Origin: a virus
Length of the DNA stretch: 64,000 nucleotides
Virus record (IMG/VR): IMGVR_UViG_3300036826_000357
Span: 21,017 to 85,016 of that record
Reading direction: 5' to 3' (one strand)
Shown: positions 48,990-57,844 of the stretch, piece by piece
Numbering within the stretch: position 1 is the stretch's first letter
How the letters are laid out: every line of letters begins with the position of its first letter
Notes under the pieces: generated by a model
Seen by the model: the letters and a program-made list of their open reading frames with translations, nothing else
Told to the model about the DNA's origin: nothing
Databases searched by the model: none
Position numbers and translations under genes: made by a program

Positions 48990-49729
48990 GCCAGCAGGTA
49001 CCAATGCGATCCCAGATCGCCCAGCTTCGCCCACTGATATCCCGCTCCCGCCAACGTGGTTTTCACCTGATCGGCAATGTGCGCGCCGTAATACCGATCA
49101 TGCATTTCCACGAGGATACGAGGATGCTCGTCCCGCAGTATCCGATTCATCCCCCGCAACACATGCGCTTCTGCGCCTTCCACATCGATCTTGACAAAGC
49201 CGACTGGCGATTCCTGCACAATCTCATCGAGTGGCTGCGCCTCCACCTGAAGCTTCGTCTCCCGATTCACGACCGTCACACCGCCGGAATACGAATGTGG
49301 CTCTGCTCCGAACAGAACCGGCGGTAATCCGACTGCCTCGTCATGCGTCGGCGTATCCATGAACACCATCGCCGGCTCCGACCACGCCGCCACCTGCGCA
49401 ATCCGTACCCGATGCGCCACACCATTCGACGCCACATTCGACCGCAACGCCTCCGCCGTATCCCCATGCGGCTCGACGGCTACGACCATCAGTCCATCCA
49501 CCGCTGCGCGAATCGACCAGTGGCCGACATGCGCACCGACATCCACGAAGATGCCGCCGTACTCCTTGCAAATCTCCCACTCCTCCAAGAACGCACCAAG
49601 TAACTGCGCCTCGTGGGAACCCTCCATCAATGCATCGTGGTACCGGCCAGGACGCTCGACGTACTTCAGATGCGTCTTGATTTCCGCAGCACCAGGCCCT
49701 GCCTGATACAACCCATCATCTTTCCCCAT
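48977..49729 (-). CDS. FkbM-family methyltransferase
   Basis: FVDVGAHVG, AVEP and KIDVEGAE motifs. Confidence 0.92.
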   Translation of the reverse strand: MGKDDGLYQAGPGAAEIKTHLKYVERPGRYHDALMEGSHEAQLLGAFLEEWEICKEYGGIFVDVGAHVGHWSIRAAVDGLMVVAVEPHGDTAEALRSNVASNGVAHRVRIAQVAAWSEPAMVFMDTPTHDEAVGLPPVLFGAEPHSYSGGVTVVNRETKLQVEAQPLDEIVQESPVGFVKIDVEGAEAHVLRGMNRILRDEHPRILVEMHDRYYGAHIADQVKTTLAGAGYQWAKLGDLGSHWYLLAWTR

Positions 49730-49734
49730 CAGCC

Positions 49735-50205
49735 CTACCTCGGTACAACTGTCGTCGGATCGAACTTCGTGAACCGATAGTGAATCGTGAAGAACACGAT
49801 CACGCCGGCTTCTCCCTCTCCACTCTCATTGATAATCGGCGGTGAGATATCCGTCAGTTCCGTATCAATCGCCAGTTGGTTGCGATTCGGCTTCTCCAAG
49901 ACTGCCGTCTCGATATCCGCCAGCAGCAAATTCAGATCGGTTGCCAGCGATCCTTTGCGCGTCTCCTTGATCCAGCCCTCGACCACGACGGTCAGGAACC
50001 GCTCATAGGTGAAGTAGTTGTCGATGCCACCGCGCTCGTCTCCCTCGTAGACCGAGACCACCGGGAAGCGTTTGTTCTCGAACGGACCAGTGAGCGCCCG
50101 CGACACATCGTAGGCCGTGAAGTTGTAGCCAGACTCGCGCTTAATCCCTCGGATGGCCTCGAACACATCCTGCATGATTAACTCGCGAAGTGGCGGCGCA
50201 GGCAT
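49735..50205 (-). CDS. tail terminator/completion protein
   Basis: RE.I..I....GY; LLADIE.A; position. Confidence 0.75.
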   Translation of the reverse strand: MPAPPLRELIMQDVFEAIRGIKRESGYNFTAYDVSRALTGPFENKRFPVVSVYEGDERGGIDNYFTYERFLTVVVEGWIKETRKGSLATDLNLLLADIETAVLEKPNRNQLAIDTELTDISPPIINESGEGEAGVIVFFTIHYRFTKFDPTTVVPR

Positions 50206-50820
50206 TTAGAGCGCCCTGTTCAATGCCGTCACGAGTTGCCGCGCGATTCTCGGGAAGAACATTTCCGCAGTCGGCCGGAGAAATGGACGCGCAGGCATCC
50301 GCACTTCACGCTTCAAGGAATACAACGGCTCGATACTTGCCGCCCGGCGTCGCACCAGCAGCAGGTTTCCCGCACGCGACCGAATGGTAAACAGTCCAGC
50401 AATCTGCCGTGCGCGCCGCTGCCGTGCTTCCATGGTCAGCGGAATGGTCAGGAACTGCACATTCTTTGCCCGGATCGTTCCACCAAACTCATGGATGCGC
50501 GCGTACACACGGGCCTTGAACCGCTGATCCTGCCGAATCTCACCGACCACTTCATCCTGCTTGCTCTGCACCCGCACTTTCCACGAGTGCGCGAGACTCC
50601 CACTCAACTGTCCTAACGGCTCCGCATCCGGCTTCTTGAATCCAGGCCGGGACGGCGATCCCGACAATCGATGCGATATCATCCACTGCAACGCATCGTT
50701 TAATCCCCGATCGAGAATGATCGCGACTTCCCGTTTCAGTCGAATCGGGAATTTCGCCAGACGCACATCGAGTGCTTGCGCCTGTTTTTGATCGACTTCG
50801 ATTGCAATACGAATTGCCAT
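50206..50820 (-). CDS. neck / HK97 gp10-like morphogenesis protein
   Basis: SGSL..S, YARIHEFGG and MPARPFLRP motifs. Confidence 0.8.
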   Translation of the reverse strand: MAIRIAIEVDQKQAQALDVRLAKFPIRLKREVAIILDRGLNDALQWMISHRLSGSPSRPGFKKPDAEPLGQLSGSLAHSWKVRVQSKQDEVVGEIRQDQRFKARVYARIHEFGGTIRAKNVQFLTIPLTMEARQRRARQIAGLFTIRSRAGNLLLVRRRAASIEPLYSLKREVRMPARPFLRPTAEMFFPRIARQLVTALNRAL

Positions 50821-50824
50821 CAGT

Positions 50825-50852
50825 TTGACAAACTCTGAATCGTGATTATATT
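50825..50852 (+). promoter_or_regulatory. promoter TTGACA-N16-TATATT with leaderless ATG
   Basis: ATG at 50859, 6 nt after the -10. Confidence 0.75.
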
Positions 50853-50858
50853 AGGTTT

Positions 50859-50987
50859 ATGACAACGAGAGAATACAGTGAATGTCGCGTATGTGGCGGC
50901 GAAGGATGGCTCCCGTCGCTACCCGAAGGAAACAGCCAGTGTCCGTACTGCAACGGCACGGGACGAATTGAACGAACTGAAAAGTGA
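50859..50987 (+). CDS. 42-aa DnaJ-type zinc-finger protein
   Basis: CRVCGGEG..CPYCNGTG translated by hand; GTGA-coupled to the next gene. Confidence 0.65.
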   Translation: MTTREYSECRVCGGEGWLPSLPEGNSQCPYCNGTGRIERTEK

Positions 50988-51430
50988 AGATCATAAACAA
51001 AACCAACTACGACACGAAGACGCTACGAGCGATGGTCAAGCTCGTAGCGTCGGAAGAACTCGACCCTGGCCAATTGAAGTTCATGCACATCACCTTCATG
51101 CACAAGAACGCGCGTGGCGCGCGGAACGACCGCTGGAATCGACGCATCTACCCCATCGGTGCCGGCCTGAAATACAATCGCTTCAACGTCACGCTCAGGA
51201 AGGAGACCAACTGGCTTGGAAGGGAACCTCTCGATTGGCCTGCCACAATGCTCGCCCACGAATTCGCCGAGTGCCGTGGGAAACGCCATGCCGATATGAA
51301 GGGCGGTAGCTCCCGCTACGGCTACGGCAAGAAAGGATCGTATTGGGGAAAACGACTGAAGGAGGCGGGCATCAGGCTCAACTCCACCAGTAGCTCAGCA
51401 CGTCCGTCGCTCCCGTCCCAACAACCGTAA
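50984..51430 (+). CDS. basic protein with zincin-like LAHEFAE..G..H motif
   Basis: 148 aa, antisense to the morphogenesis operon. Confidence 0.6.
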   Translation: MKIINKTNYDTKTLRAMVKLVASEELDPGQLKFMHITFMHKNARGARNDRWNRRIYPIGAGLKYNRFNVTLRKETNWLGREPLDWPATMLAHEFAECRGKRHADMKGGSSRYGYGKKGSYWGKRLKEAGIRLNSTSSSARPSLPSQQP

Positions 51431-51983
51431 AACTCTTCGGGGCTAAGAACGTGCGCGGTGCACCGACGACTAATTTGAATGCTCCGTAGTCGTCGGTCAC
51501 CGTCGCTGCCGGCGCGGCAGGCATACCCCCCAAAGTATGTGTCCCGGATCCGTTTGTCGTCAGATCAACCACGACCGGCAGCGGCGTCGTTTTTGCATTC
51601 GCCTCACTCAACGCCAACTTCACGTTGTCGGCATCGACCTTGTAAATCCAGTACAGGGTCGCATTGGTCAGAGGCGCAGGTAACGTCCCGGTGGTACTCA
51701 CCTTGTACGGTCCATCCCCCGTCGACAATCCATGCGCGACCATGTTCAACTGATCGGTCCCGGACGTAGCCGTGAATGTCCGCGCCTTGTAATCCCCCGG
51801 CCGAATCCGGAAACTGTTCCCCGCTGTCCCCTCGGTCTGCATGTGCAGCGTCAAGTACCGCGCACCAGAGGGACGCGTGACAACCGTCTCCGTCACCCCC
51901 ACGATGTGGCCGATACTGCTCGTCAGCGGAAGCACATCGACTGCTCCATCTGCACCACTGTTGGCTCCCTGATACTTCCCCAT
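51378..51983 (-). CDS. virion protein with AHG..TGDGPY beta domain
   Basis: domain shared with 52692-53624 and the hub protein. Confidence 0.75.
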   Translation of the reverse strand: MGKYQGANSGADGAVDVLPLTSSIGHIVGVTETVVTRPSGARYLTLHMQTEGTAGNSFRIRPGDYKARTFTATSGTDQLNMVAHGLSTGDGPYKVSTTGTLPAPLTNATLYWIYKVDADNVKLALSEANAKTTPLPVVVDLTTNGSGTHTLGGMPAAPAATVTDDYGAFKLVVGAPRTFLAPKSFTVVGTGATDVLSYWWS

Positions 51984-51985
51984 CG

Positions 51986-52603
51986 CTACATCCCCCGCCC
52001 TTCTGCCGTGAAGATGATGAGCTTCCGAAATGGTGCCAAGATCCCCACTGCCGATACCGGCAGCCCCGATGCACTGTCCATCAATCCCCGCTGCCGCTGA
52101 AATGCTCCCGCCGATGCCGATGCCAACACCGGATCGCGACCACGCTGGGAGAACAGCATCGCCGTAACCACCTTCACAGCCTCCGACACTGGTGGCGGTA
52201 ACGTCGCGTACCCACCCGTGTACGAGACCAGCACATTATGTGCCCCCTTCGGAAACTGCGTGTAGGTGGGAAACCCGCTGATGCCGGTGCTGGCTACTAA
52301 CTGAATGATCCCGGAGCCGGCATAGACGACGATATCCGATGCCGCCAAGGTTCCCACCGTCGATATCTTCACCGTTACCGACTGGCTGGTATCAATCGGC
52401 GGATTCGTCACCCGAACGATTGTCGAGTTATTGCCGTCAATCGCCTCGTCGGTATAGACTGTCTTCGCAAACGTTCGCCGACAATGCGTCTCGACCAACA
52501 TCGATGCACTATCCAGCATCGACGCAATCACCGCATCAATCGACGTATCTGCGGGATCCAGATCAGCCCACGCTTTGTACTCGGTAACAGAGACGAGCGC
52601 CAT
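51986..52603 (-). CDS. head-tail connector (gp6-like)
   Basis: LVSVTEYKAW..D..I..AS..VE.HC.R.F; VSYTGGY. Confidence 0.85.
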   Translation of the reverse strand: MALVSVTEYKAWADLDPADTSIDAVIASMLDSASMLVETHCRRTFAKTVYTDEAIDGNNSTIVRVTNPPIDTSQSVTVKISTVGTLAASDIVVYAGSGIIQLVASTGISGFPTYTQFPKGAHNVLVSYTGGYATLPPPVSEAVKVVTAMLFSQRGRDPVLASASAGAFQRQRGLMDSASGLPVSAVGILAPFRKLIIFTAEGRGM

Positions 52604-52691
52604 GATACGAAACGGGGACTGCCAGCATTCCCTGACAGTCCCCTCTCCGCTGTATTACCCCCACTTCGCTGCCGCCGCAGCGAAGATCGAT

Positions 52692-53624
52692 TTACGCTGG
52701 TTTCGGCAGTATCAGCAGTCCCACGACATTCGTGTTGGCTGTGGTGAACGTGCCACTGGTCAACACCACCTTGTCCTTGTCCGTCACATCGAAATTCGGG
52801 GATGGTGTTCCCGGCGCGGAGAGATTCACCACTCCAGCAACGTGATCGCCGCGACGGACTCCCGTCACCGTCACTTCGCCGGCTCCAGTAGTCATGGCCG
52901 TCGCATTCTGATTCACCGGCCGCTGCTCCGCATTCGTCGTATCCAGATCATCGACCCGAACATACTCCGATGCCCGGTAGCCCTCTCCACCCGTGTTGAC
53001 CACCCGCTCGACCCAGCGCTTGTGCCCATTGACCATCGATAGCCGCTGGAACCGCTCCGCGATCATCTTGGTGTAGCTCTGCGTTCCGGTCCCATCCGTG
53101 GTGATGTCCACCACCGTGCCAGCAATGGCATTGGCCCGGGTCAGCGCGAGCTTGAAGGTGTTCACGCCCGTCGCGATGATGAAGTACGGTGTCGTAGCCG
53201 TCACTCCCGTAGGGAGTCCACCACCGGAATTGCTCAGAAGGTAGGGACCGTCTCCAGTCCGCAACCCATGTGCGTTCTTCGTGAACGTATCCGTCGCATT
53301 CGCAATCGATGTGATTGCCACAGCCGTTGCGAGTTGATCCTTCACGTAGATGTTCAAATCGAAATGTGGAGACTCTCCGAAGCCCGCCGTGTTCCGGATG
53401 GTCTCGACATAGATCGCATTCCCATGCTCACCTGCGAGACGGGCATCGACCCTCAGCGTGTTGCCCGTACCGTCACTGATCGTAACAGTCGCCTTCACTC
53501 CTGCCGTGATCGTACCGGCTGCGGTGTAGCTGAGGAGTTTGATGCCACGAAGCTGATCGACCACGCGCCGCGTAGTCGTATCGCTGGTGTATGGCGCTCC
53601 CGTGCTATCGACTAGTGCACCCAT
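52692..53624 (-). CDS. virion structural protein
   Basis: A...G.HGN.I.V pattern plus inserted AHG..GDGPY domain. Confidence 0.7.
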   Translation of the reverse strand: MGALVDSTGAPYTSDTTTRRVVDQLRGIKLLSYTAAGTITAGVKATVTISDGTGNTLRVDARLAGEHGNAIYVETIRNTAGFGESPHFDLNIYVKDQLATAVAITSIANATDTFTKNAHGLRTGDGPYLLSNSGGGLPTGVTATTPYFIIATGVNTFKLALTRANAIAGTVVDITTDGTGTQSYTKMIAERFQRLSMVNGHKRWVERVVNTGGEGYRASEYVRVDDLDTTNAEQRPVNQNATAMTTGAGEVTVTGVRRGDHVAGVVNLSAPGTPSPNFDVTDKDKVVLTSGTFTTANTNVVGLLILPKPA

Positions 53625-53636
53625 GCGTGCTCTCCC

Positions 53637-53945
53637 TTACTGCTCCGATGCGAGCTTGCCGCCACCCGCCAAAATCCCCCCATCATCTGGCATCGAAGTT
53701 GCCGACTTCCCCTTGGCCGCTGGCTTCTTTGGGGCAGGGGTCGGCTCAGGCTCAGACTCCTCGGATTCTTCCTCCGATCCGTCTGTGATCTCGAACGCCG
53801 GTATCGTGTTCCCACGCGCGTCCCGAGACTCCCGGGTCTTCAGAAGCTCCGCATCCTCTTCGGAGACGGTCACCTCCTGACCCTTCACGAACAGAGTGCC
53901 CCGGAACATCCAGCGCTCTCCACCAACCAGCGTCGCTTGCGGCAT
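53637..53945 (-). CDS. YqbF-like small head-associated protein
   Basis: G..W.F.G.LF.KG.EV.VS pattern; directly after an XkdG/YqbE-like capsid gene. Confidence 0.65.
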   Translation of the reverse strand: MPQATLVGGERWMFRGTLFVKGQEVTVSEEDAELLKTRESRDARGNTIPAFEITDGSEEESEESEPEPTPAPKKPAAKGKSATSMPDDGGILAGGGKLASEQ

Positions 53946-53962
53946 ATCACTCCCTCGAAGGA

Positions 53963-53980
53963 TTTGACCACGTGGTCAAA
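53963..53980. repeat. 18-bp palindrome copy 4 (extends to 22 bp)
   Basis: exact match; intergenic, just after the capsid stop. Confidence 0.95.
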
Positions 53981-53984
53981 TCGC

Positions 53985-54905
53985 TCAGGCCAGGTTGATG
54001 ATCTTCACCACTGCCGGCTCTTCCTCATATACGAAGTCGAGTCGCATTGTGAGCACGATGATCCACACCCGGGCGGTAATGTCCTTGTCCGTCTCGACCA
54101 GGACGTTCCGCTGAATGCCAATCACCATGTTCTTCGGGTCGGTGAAGAGACCCTTATCTGCTGGCATGAGCGCCACCGGAATGACCGGCACGCCAAAGGC
54201 AGTGATGGCATTGTTCGTCGTCACCGCCGAGTCGCCACCAGTCGTCTGCCGGTTTCCGAAGGAATCGCGCCACTCAAGCTCGTTGTCGATGGACACGTAG
54301 AAGCGCATTGCCGCCCGGTTCCGTAGATACCGATCCGGCATGGCCTTGATCGCGTTCTTGAACACGGTCTTGTTGATGGATGTCGAGCCGGCATCGGACA
54401 CGTTGGAAATGGCACGCACGAGCGCACCATCCACCAGGTCCAGATACGGATCAGCCGCATCGAGCGTGGTGTCTCCGAGAAGGATTAGCTCCTCGATATC
54501 GAGTGCCGCCCGCTCTGCCATCATCTCCATGATCGTATCGGCAAAGCCGTTCCGCTCGATGTTGTCTTCCAACACATCGTACGGAATCCGAACTTCCGCG
54601 ATCACTTCCTTGGTGGTCAGCGTGACCTTCTCAGTCGTGGGCTTCGACCGATCTGACTCAGTCAATGCCACGTTCGACACACCCGGCTTCAAGATGCGCG
54701 TGCCGAATCCGACCTTGTTGATTTCGCGTTTCGGCGCGTTCATGAAGACCGTCCGCGCCTCCCGCACGATGGTCGGCTGATCGATGAGCTTGCGGAAGAA
54801 TTGATTCTCCTGCTCCGGATTCAGGTAGCCGCCATTGGTTGTCAGGTCACTGACAGCAATGGTCGCCTTCTGAACGAGTTCCTTGTTGCTAACCGTGCTA
54901 CCCAT
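53985..54905 (-). CDS. major capsid protein (XkdG/P2-like, HK97 fold)
   Basis: GGYLNPEQ..F, YDVLEDNIE and AALDIEELIL.GD motifs. Confidence 0.92.
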   Translation of the reverse strand: MGSTVSNKELVQKATIAVSDLTTNGGYLNPEQENQFFRKLIDQPTIVREARTVFMNAPKREINKVGFGTRILKPGVSNVALTESDRSKPTTEKVTLTTKEVIAEVRIPYDVLEDNIERNGFADTIMEMMAERAALDIEELILLGDTTLDAADPYLDLVDGALVRAISNVSDAGSTSINKTVFKNAIKAMPDRYLRNRAAMRFYVSIDNELEWRDSFGNRQTTGGDSAVTTNNAITAFGVPVIPVALMPADKGLFTDPKNMVIGIQRNVLVETDKDITARVWIIVLTMRLDFVYEEEPAVVKIINLA

Positions 54906-54941
54906 TTCCGCCCCTCCGCCGCCTCTCGAATGTGAGGTGTA

Positions 54942-56345
54942 TTAGCTGCCAGTCCGGCCCCAAGGGAACAGATTGTTGAATGTTCCACCTGGCCGATCAT
55001 CTTCCATGGTCTTCCGCACTTCAGCCGTGCCCTGGCGGCGGAGCGTCGTCCGCTCCATCTTCGCCACACGCTCATCCATCTGATCCAGCCGGGACGTGAT
55101 CCGCTCGCCCATCTTGGAAATAGCCTGCTCGACTGGTGTGTCGGCTGGCGTCTCGCCGGGCTGCTTGTCGGTGTCCGGAGCCTCTTCGTCGGCTGGCGTC
55201 TCACCGTTGCTCTTCTTGCCGCCTTCGATCGCGCCAAGCCGGGAATCAATCGAATCGATCTTCTTCCCAATCGACTCGATCATGGCCTCGAACTTCGCGG
55301 TATCCATGTCCACTTCCTCCACTTCACCACCCGCCGCGAGATCGACTACTGCATCGACCACCGTTGCGAGCTTCTCGACTCCCGCCTGCCGCACGCGGCC
55401 AAGCAATTCTGCCTGTACCTGCTGTTCCTGTACCTTCGCAAGCGGCAAAGATTCAATCGAATCGAGCAATGCGTTCTGGAACTTCCCAAGCTCGCCGGCC
55501 ATCTTCTCGCGCTTGTCGCCAATTGTCGTATCGTTCAGCACGTTGAACATCACGCCCTGCATCACTGCGAAAAGATCAAGGACGTTGGGCGATTCGTTCA
55601 TGCCACCCATCGCATTGGAAAAGTCGGTTTGGCCGATGCCGCCGGCACCCATGGTCTTCTTGGTAACGGAACCACCGAGTCGACCAACCGTATCCGTCGC
55701 GCGGAATGGCGGATTTGACAAGCTGAATGCACCTTCATCCGTCCGGACTTTGAACGGATTAAAGCCGCGCAGCTTGGAAAAGCTCTGACTGAGTGCGCTG
55801 CCGCCACTGGTCTCGTTCTTGCTGGAATCTGTCATGGGCAACCCAACCTCCACACTGCTCCGATCCTTCAACGTCCGTGCCCGCTCCCGTTCGAGCAGCG
55901 CCGAAACGCCTTCCCCCAACTCCACCACTTCAAATTCCTCGGTGTCATTGGGAATCTCACCGACCAGACGAATGACTTCATCCGTCTCATCTGCCCATGT
56001 GGCCTTGAATCCACGCTGAAGTGCCCAACTCTCCGCCTGCTTCCGCGTATATGCCTGCTTGTCGAACACCAACGCGCGTACATCCTCCGCCAGAACGGAG
56101 TCAGCCGTGTCGTCGCCACCACCTAACGCTTTGATGATGGTCTTGAGCACACCTAATCGCGCTCTCGCCGACGCGAGTGCACTCGACCGAACATCGCCAC
56201 CCTCTCCTCCTCCACTCGTCTTCACGGCTGCCTCCTGCCTACCGTCCCGCTTGATAATGCGGAACGTTTTCTTCGCCGCCGGCCGATCCACAATCGAGAC
56301 AAACTCGGGATCGGGATCCACAAGCATCTTGACCTGACGGGGCAT
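54942..56345 (-). CDS. prohead protease/scaffold-like protein
   Basis: EFVSIVDRPA N-terminal motif, acidic coiled-coil C-terminus, immediately before the capsid gene. Confidence 0.75.
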   Translation of the reverse strand: MPRQVKMLVDPDPEFVSIVDRPAAKKTFRIIKRDGRQEAAVKTSGGGEGGDVRSSALASARARLGVLKTIIKALGGGDDTADSVLAEDVRALVFDKQAYTRKQAESWALQRGFKATWADETDEVIRLVGEIPNDTEEFEVVELGEGVSALLERERARTLKDRSSVEVGLPMTDSSKNETSGGSALSQSFSKLRGFNPFKVRTDEGAFSLSNPPFRATDTVGRLGGSVTKKTMGAGGIGQTDFSNAMGGMNESPNVLDLFAVMQGVMFNVLNDTTIGDKREKMAGELGKFQNALLDSIESLPLAKVQEQQVQAELLGRVRQAGVEKLATVVDAVVDLAAGGEVEEVDMDTAKFEAMIESIGKKIDSIDSRLGAIEGGKKSNGETPADEEAPDTDKQPGETPADTPVEQAISKMGERITSRLDQMDERVAKMERTTLRRQGTAEVRKTMEDDRPGGTFNNLFPWGRTGS

Positions 56346-56346
56346 G

Positions 56347-56556
56347 TCATCCGTACCAGATATTCAAGCTGCGCATCCCGACCTTCATGCTGCCGGGAAT
56401 GAGCCCGAAGATGGTTAACAACCAGAGCACTACGAGCAGGAGCAGGACGACACGGATGATCTGCTTAATGGTGGGATCGATCGGGAGCAGGGTCTCGACA
56501 ATGTAGAGCAGGATGCCAATGACGATCAGAACGACGACGATCTGTATCAGCGGCAT
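56347..56556 (-). CDS. two-TM membrane protein (Thivi_2564-like; possible holin)
   Basis: LI.IVVVLIVIG.LLY..P.D..IK.II..V pattern. Confidence 0.7.
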   Translation of the reverse strand: MPLIQIVVVLIVIGILLYIVETLLPIDPTIKQIIRVVLLLLVVLWLLTIFGLIPGSMKVGMRSLNIWYG

Positions 56557-56769
56557 TTACTCCCCCTCGTGCTTCGTACACATGGCGCTACTTACGCCAA
56601 ACGAAACTCCCGTCGAGGATTCGGTATTGACGAATGTCGGCCAGGAATAGGAATACGACTGCCAGGACTTTCCCCACTCCGACCGACACGTCGTGCAATA
56701 TACACGCTGACAGTGAGAACAAAACCGTACCTGATCGTGCCTACAATCACAGGAATGAAAATGGGTCAT
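56557..56769 (-). CDS. small Cys/His-rich protein
   Basis: C.H..FC..C..VYC..C. Confidence 0.55.
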   Translation of the reverse strand: MTHFHSCDCRHDQVRFCSHCQRVYCTTCRSEWGKSWQSYSYSWPTFVNTESSTGVSFGVSSAMCTKHEGE

Positions 56770-56808
56770 CGAATTGATCCTAACGTTGTCTGCGCAGCCG
56801 GGGATGTC

Positions 56809-57597
56809 TTACTCGTACCCCACATCGTACCCCTCCAACCCCTCAGCCGACGCAATCAGATTCCGCAATGAGAATGTATGCCGATGTCCATCCGCAACGG
56901 CAGTCCGGACGTTCTCCGTGATGTCGTGCGAATGCCCATCGACAACATCGGTCATCCCCGATGTGACATTCCCCTCGTCGTCCAGCAAGACAGTGAACCC
57001 GTGTACGTGACCATTCGCCGAATTCGTCTGCCCTTGATACTCATTTGCCCCGTCACTTTTCGTATCGACCGTGACAGGAACCTTGCGCACTCGGGCTTGG
57101 AAACTGTATCCAGTTAAATCGCCGCGTTTTACTGCTGCCCAGATTCCATCGTCGTATACTTTTGTACCCAGCACCCAGGCACCGGGTGTGAAATCCGGAT
57201 CCCCTTCGCGCGCAATGAACGACTCCACCACCGCTGTTCCATGGTTGGAGTTTTGGTCATGCATCAGATCGACGTGCCCGGTGAGTTGCTTCAGCATGAA
57301 CCGATGCGCGAGCTTCTCGATTTCCTCGCCGGTCATGAACTCGCCGTGCGTGTCCAGATCGTTCGGCGCGTAGACTTCGCCGAAGACCAGGCGCTTCTCT
57401 GACACCTGTTTCTTGATGGCGACTTCCCGCGTGCAGACCACGAACGGGACCGGCCGCTGGCGTTTGACCACGTGGTCAAATCCCGGGCGTCGGGCCACCA
57501 CGCCAGCCTCCGCCAGGGCCAGGCAGAATGGGCCTAAGCTACGGAAATCCTTGAGCTTTGGCTGGAGCATCCCGCCACACCCTCCCAACCCCATCAT
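56809..57597 (-). CDS. XkdF-like putative serine protease with His-rich C-terminus
   Basis: RLVFGEVYAP..D.HG, VDLMH, VVESFIA and LTGYS motifs; GHVH/GHSH/GHRH repeats; start uncertain, possibly near 57470. Confidence 0.8.
   Translation of the reverse strand: MMGLGGCGGMLQPKLKDFRSLGPFCLALAEAGVVARRPGFDHVVKRQRPVPFVVCTREVAIKKQVSEKRLVFGEVYAPNDLDTHGEFMTGEEIEKLAHRFMLKQLTGHVDLMHDQNSNHGTAVVESFIAREGDPDFTPGAWVLGTKVYDDGIWAAVKRGDLTGYSFQARVRKVPVTVDTKSDGANEYQGQTNSANGHVHGFTVLLDDEGNVTSGMTDVVDGHSHDITENVRTAVADGHRHTFSLRNLIASAEGLEGYDVGYE
57463..57480. repeat. 18-bp palindrome copy 5
   Basis: exact match near the start of the head operon. Confidence 0.95.
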
Positions 57598-57634
57598 TAT
57601 ATGCGGCCGTCAAAGCAGCGGTTTTGGCGCAGCA

Positions 57635-57663
57635 TTGACAAAAGCCAGCCGAACGGCTATGCC
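57635..57663 (+). promoter_or_regulatory. promoter TTGACA-N17-TATGCC for the tRNA island
   Basis: predicted start site about 57670, at the first tRNA-like gene. Confidence 0.6.
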
Positions 57664-57673
57664 CAGCCCCGGG

Positions 57674-57747
57674 TTAGCCGTAGCTCAGTGGTAGAGCGCC
57701 TGGCTCTTGGCTCCGGGTGGACGCAGGTTCAAGTCCTGCCGGCTAGT
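57674..57747 (+). tRNA. tRNA-like RNA with a 9-nt anticodon loop (CTCTTGGCT), identity undetermined
   Basis: canonical D arm and T arm; stem CCTGG/CCGGG closes 9 nt; acceptor extendable to 10 bp. Confidence 0.8.
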
Positions 57748-57756
57748 CCGTTTTTG

Positions 57757-57830
57757 GGTGCCGTAGCTCAACGGTAGAGCGGTTGGCTCTGCAATCCGAC
57801 CGGAAGCAGGTTCAATTCCTGCCGGTGCCC
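57757..57830 (+). tRNA. tRNA-like RNA with a 9-nt anticodon loop (CTCTGCAAT), identity undetermined
   Basis: canonical D and T arms; stem GTTGG/CCGAC closes 9 nt. Confidence 0.8.
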
Positions 57831-57844
57831 CTTCGAGAAGGCTG

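Noticed and set aside
52692-53624. Tail sheath protein (myovirus)
   Set aside because: Only a short sheath-N-like pattern; too small, lacks the conserved sheath C-terminal domain, and no baseplate wedge genes are present
1051-57480. Palindromic repeats as a CRISPR array or MITE/REP elements
   Set aside because: Copies are kilobases apart with no spacer structure, no cas or transposase genes and no target duplications
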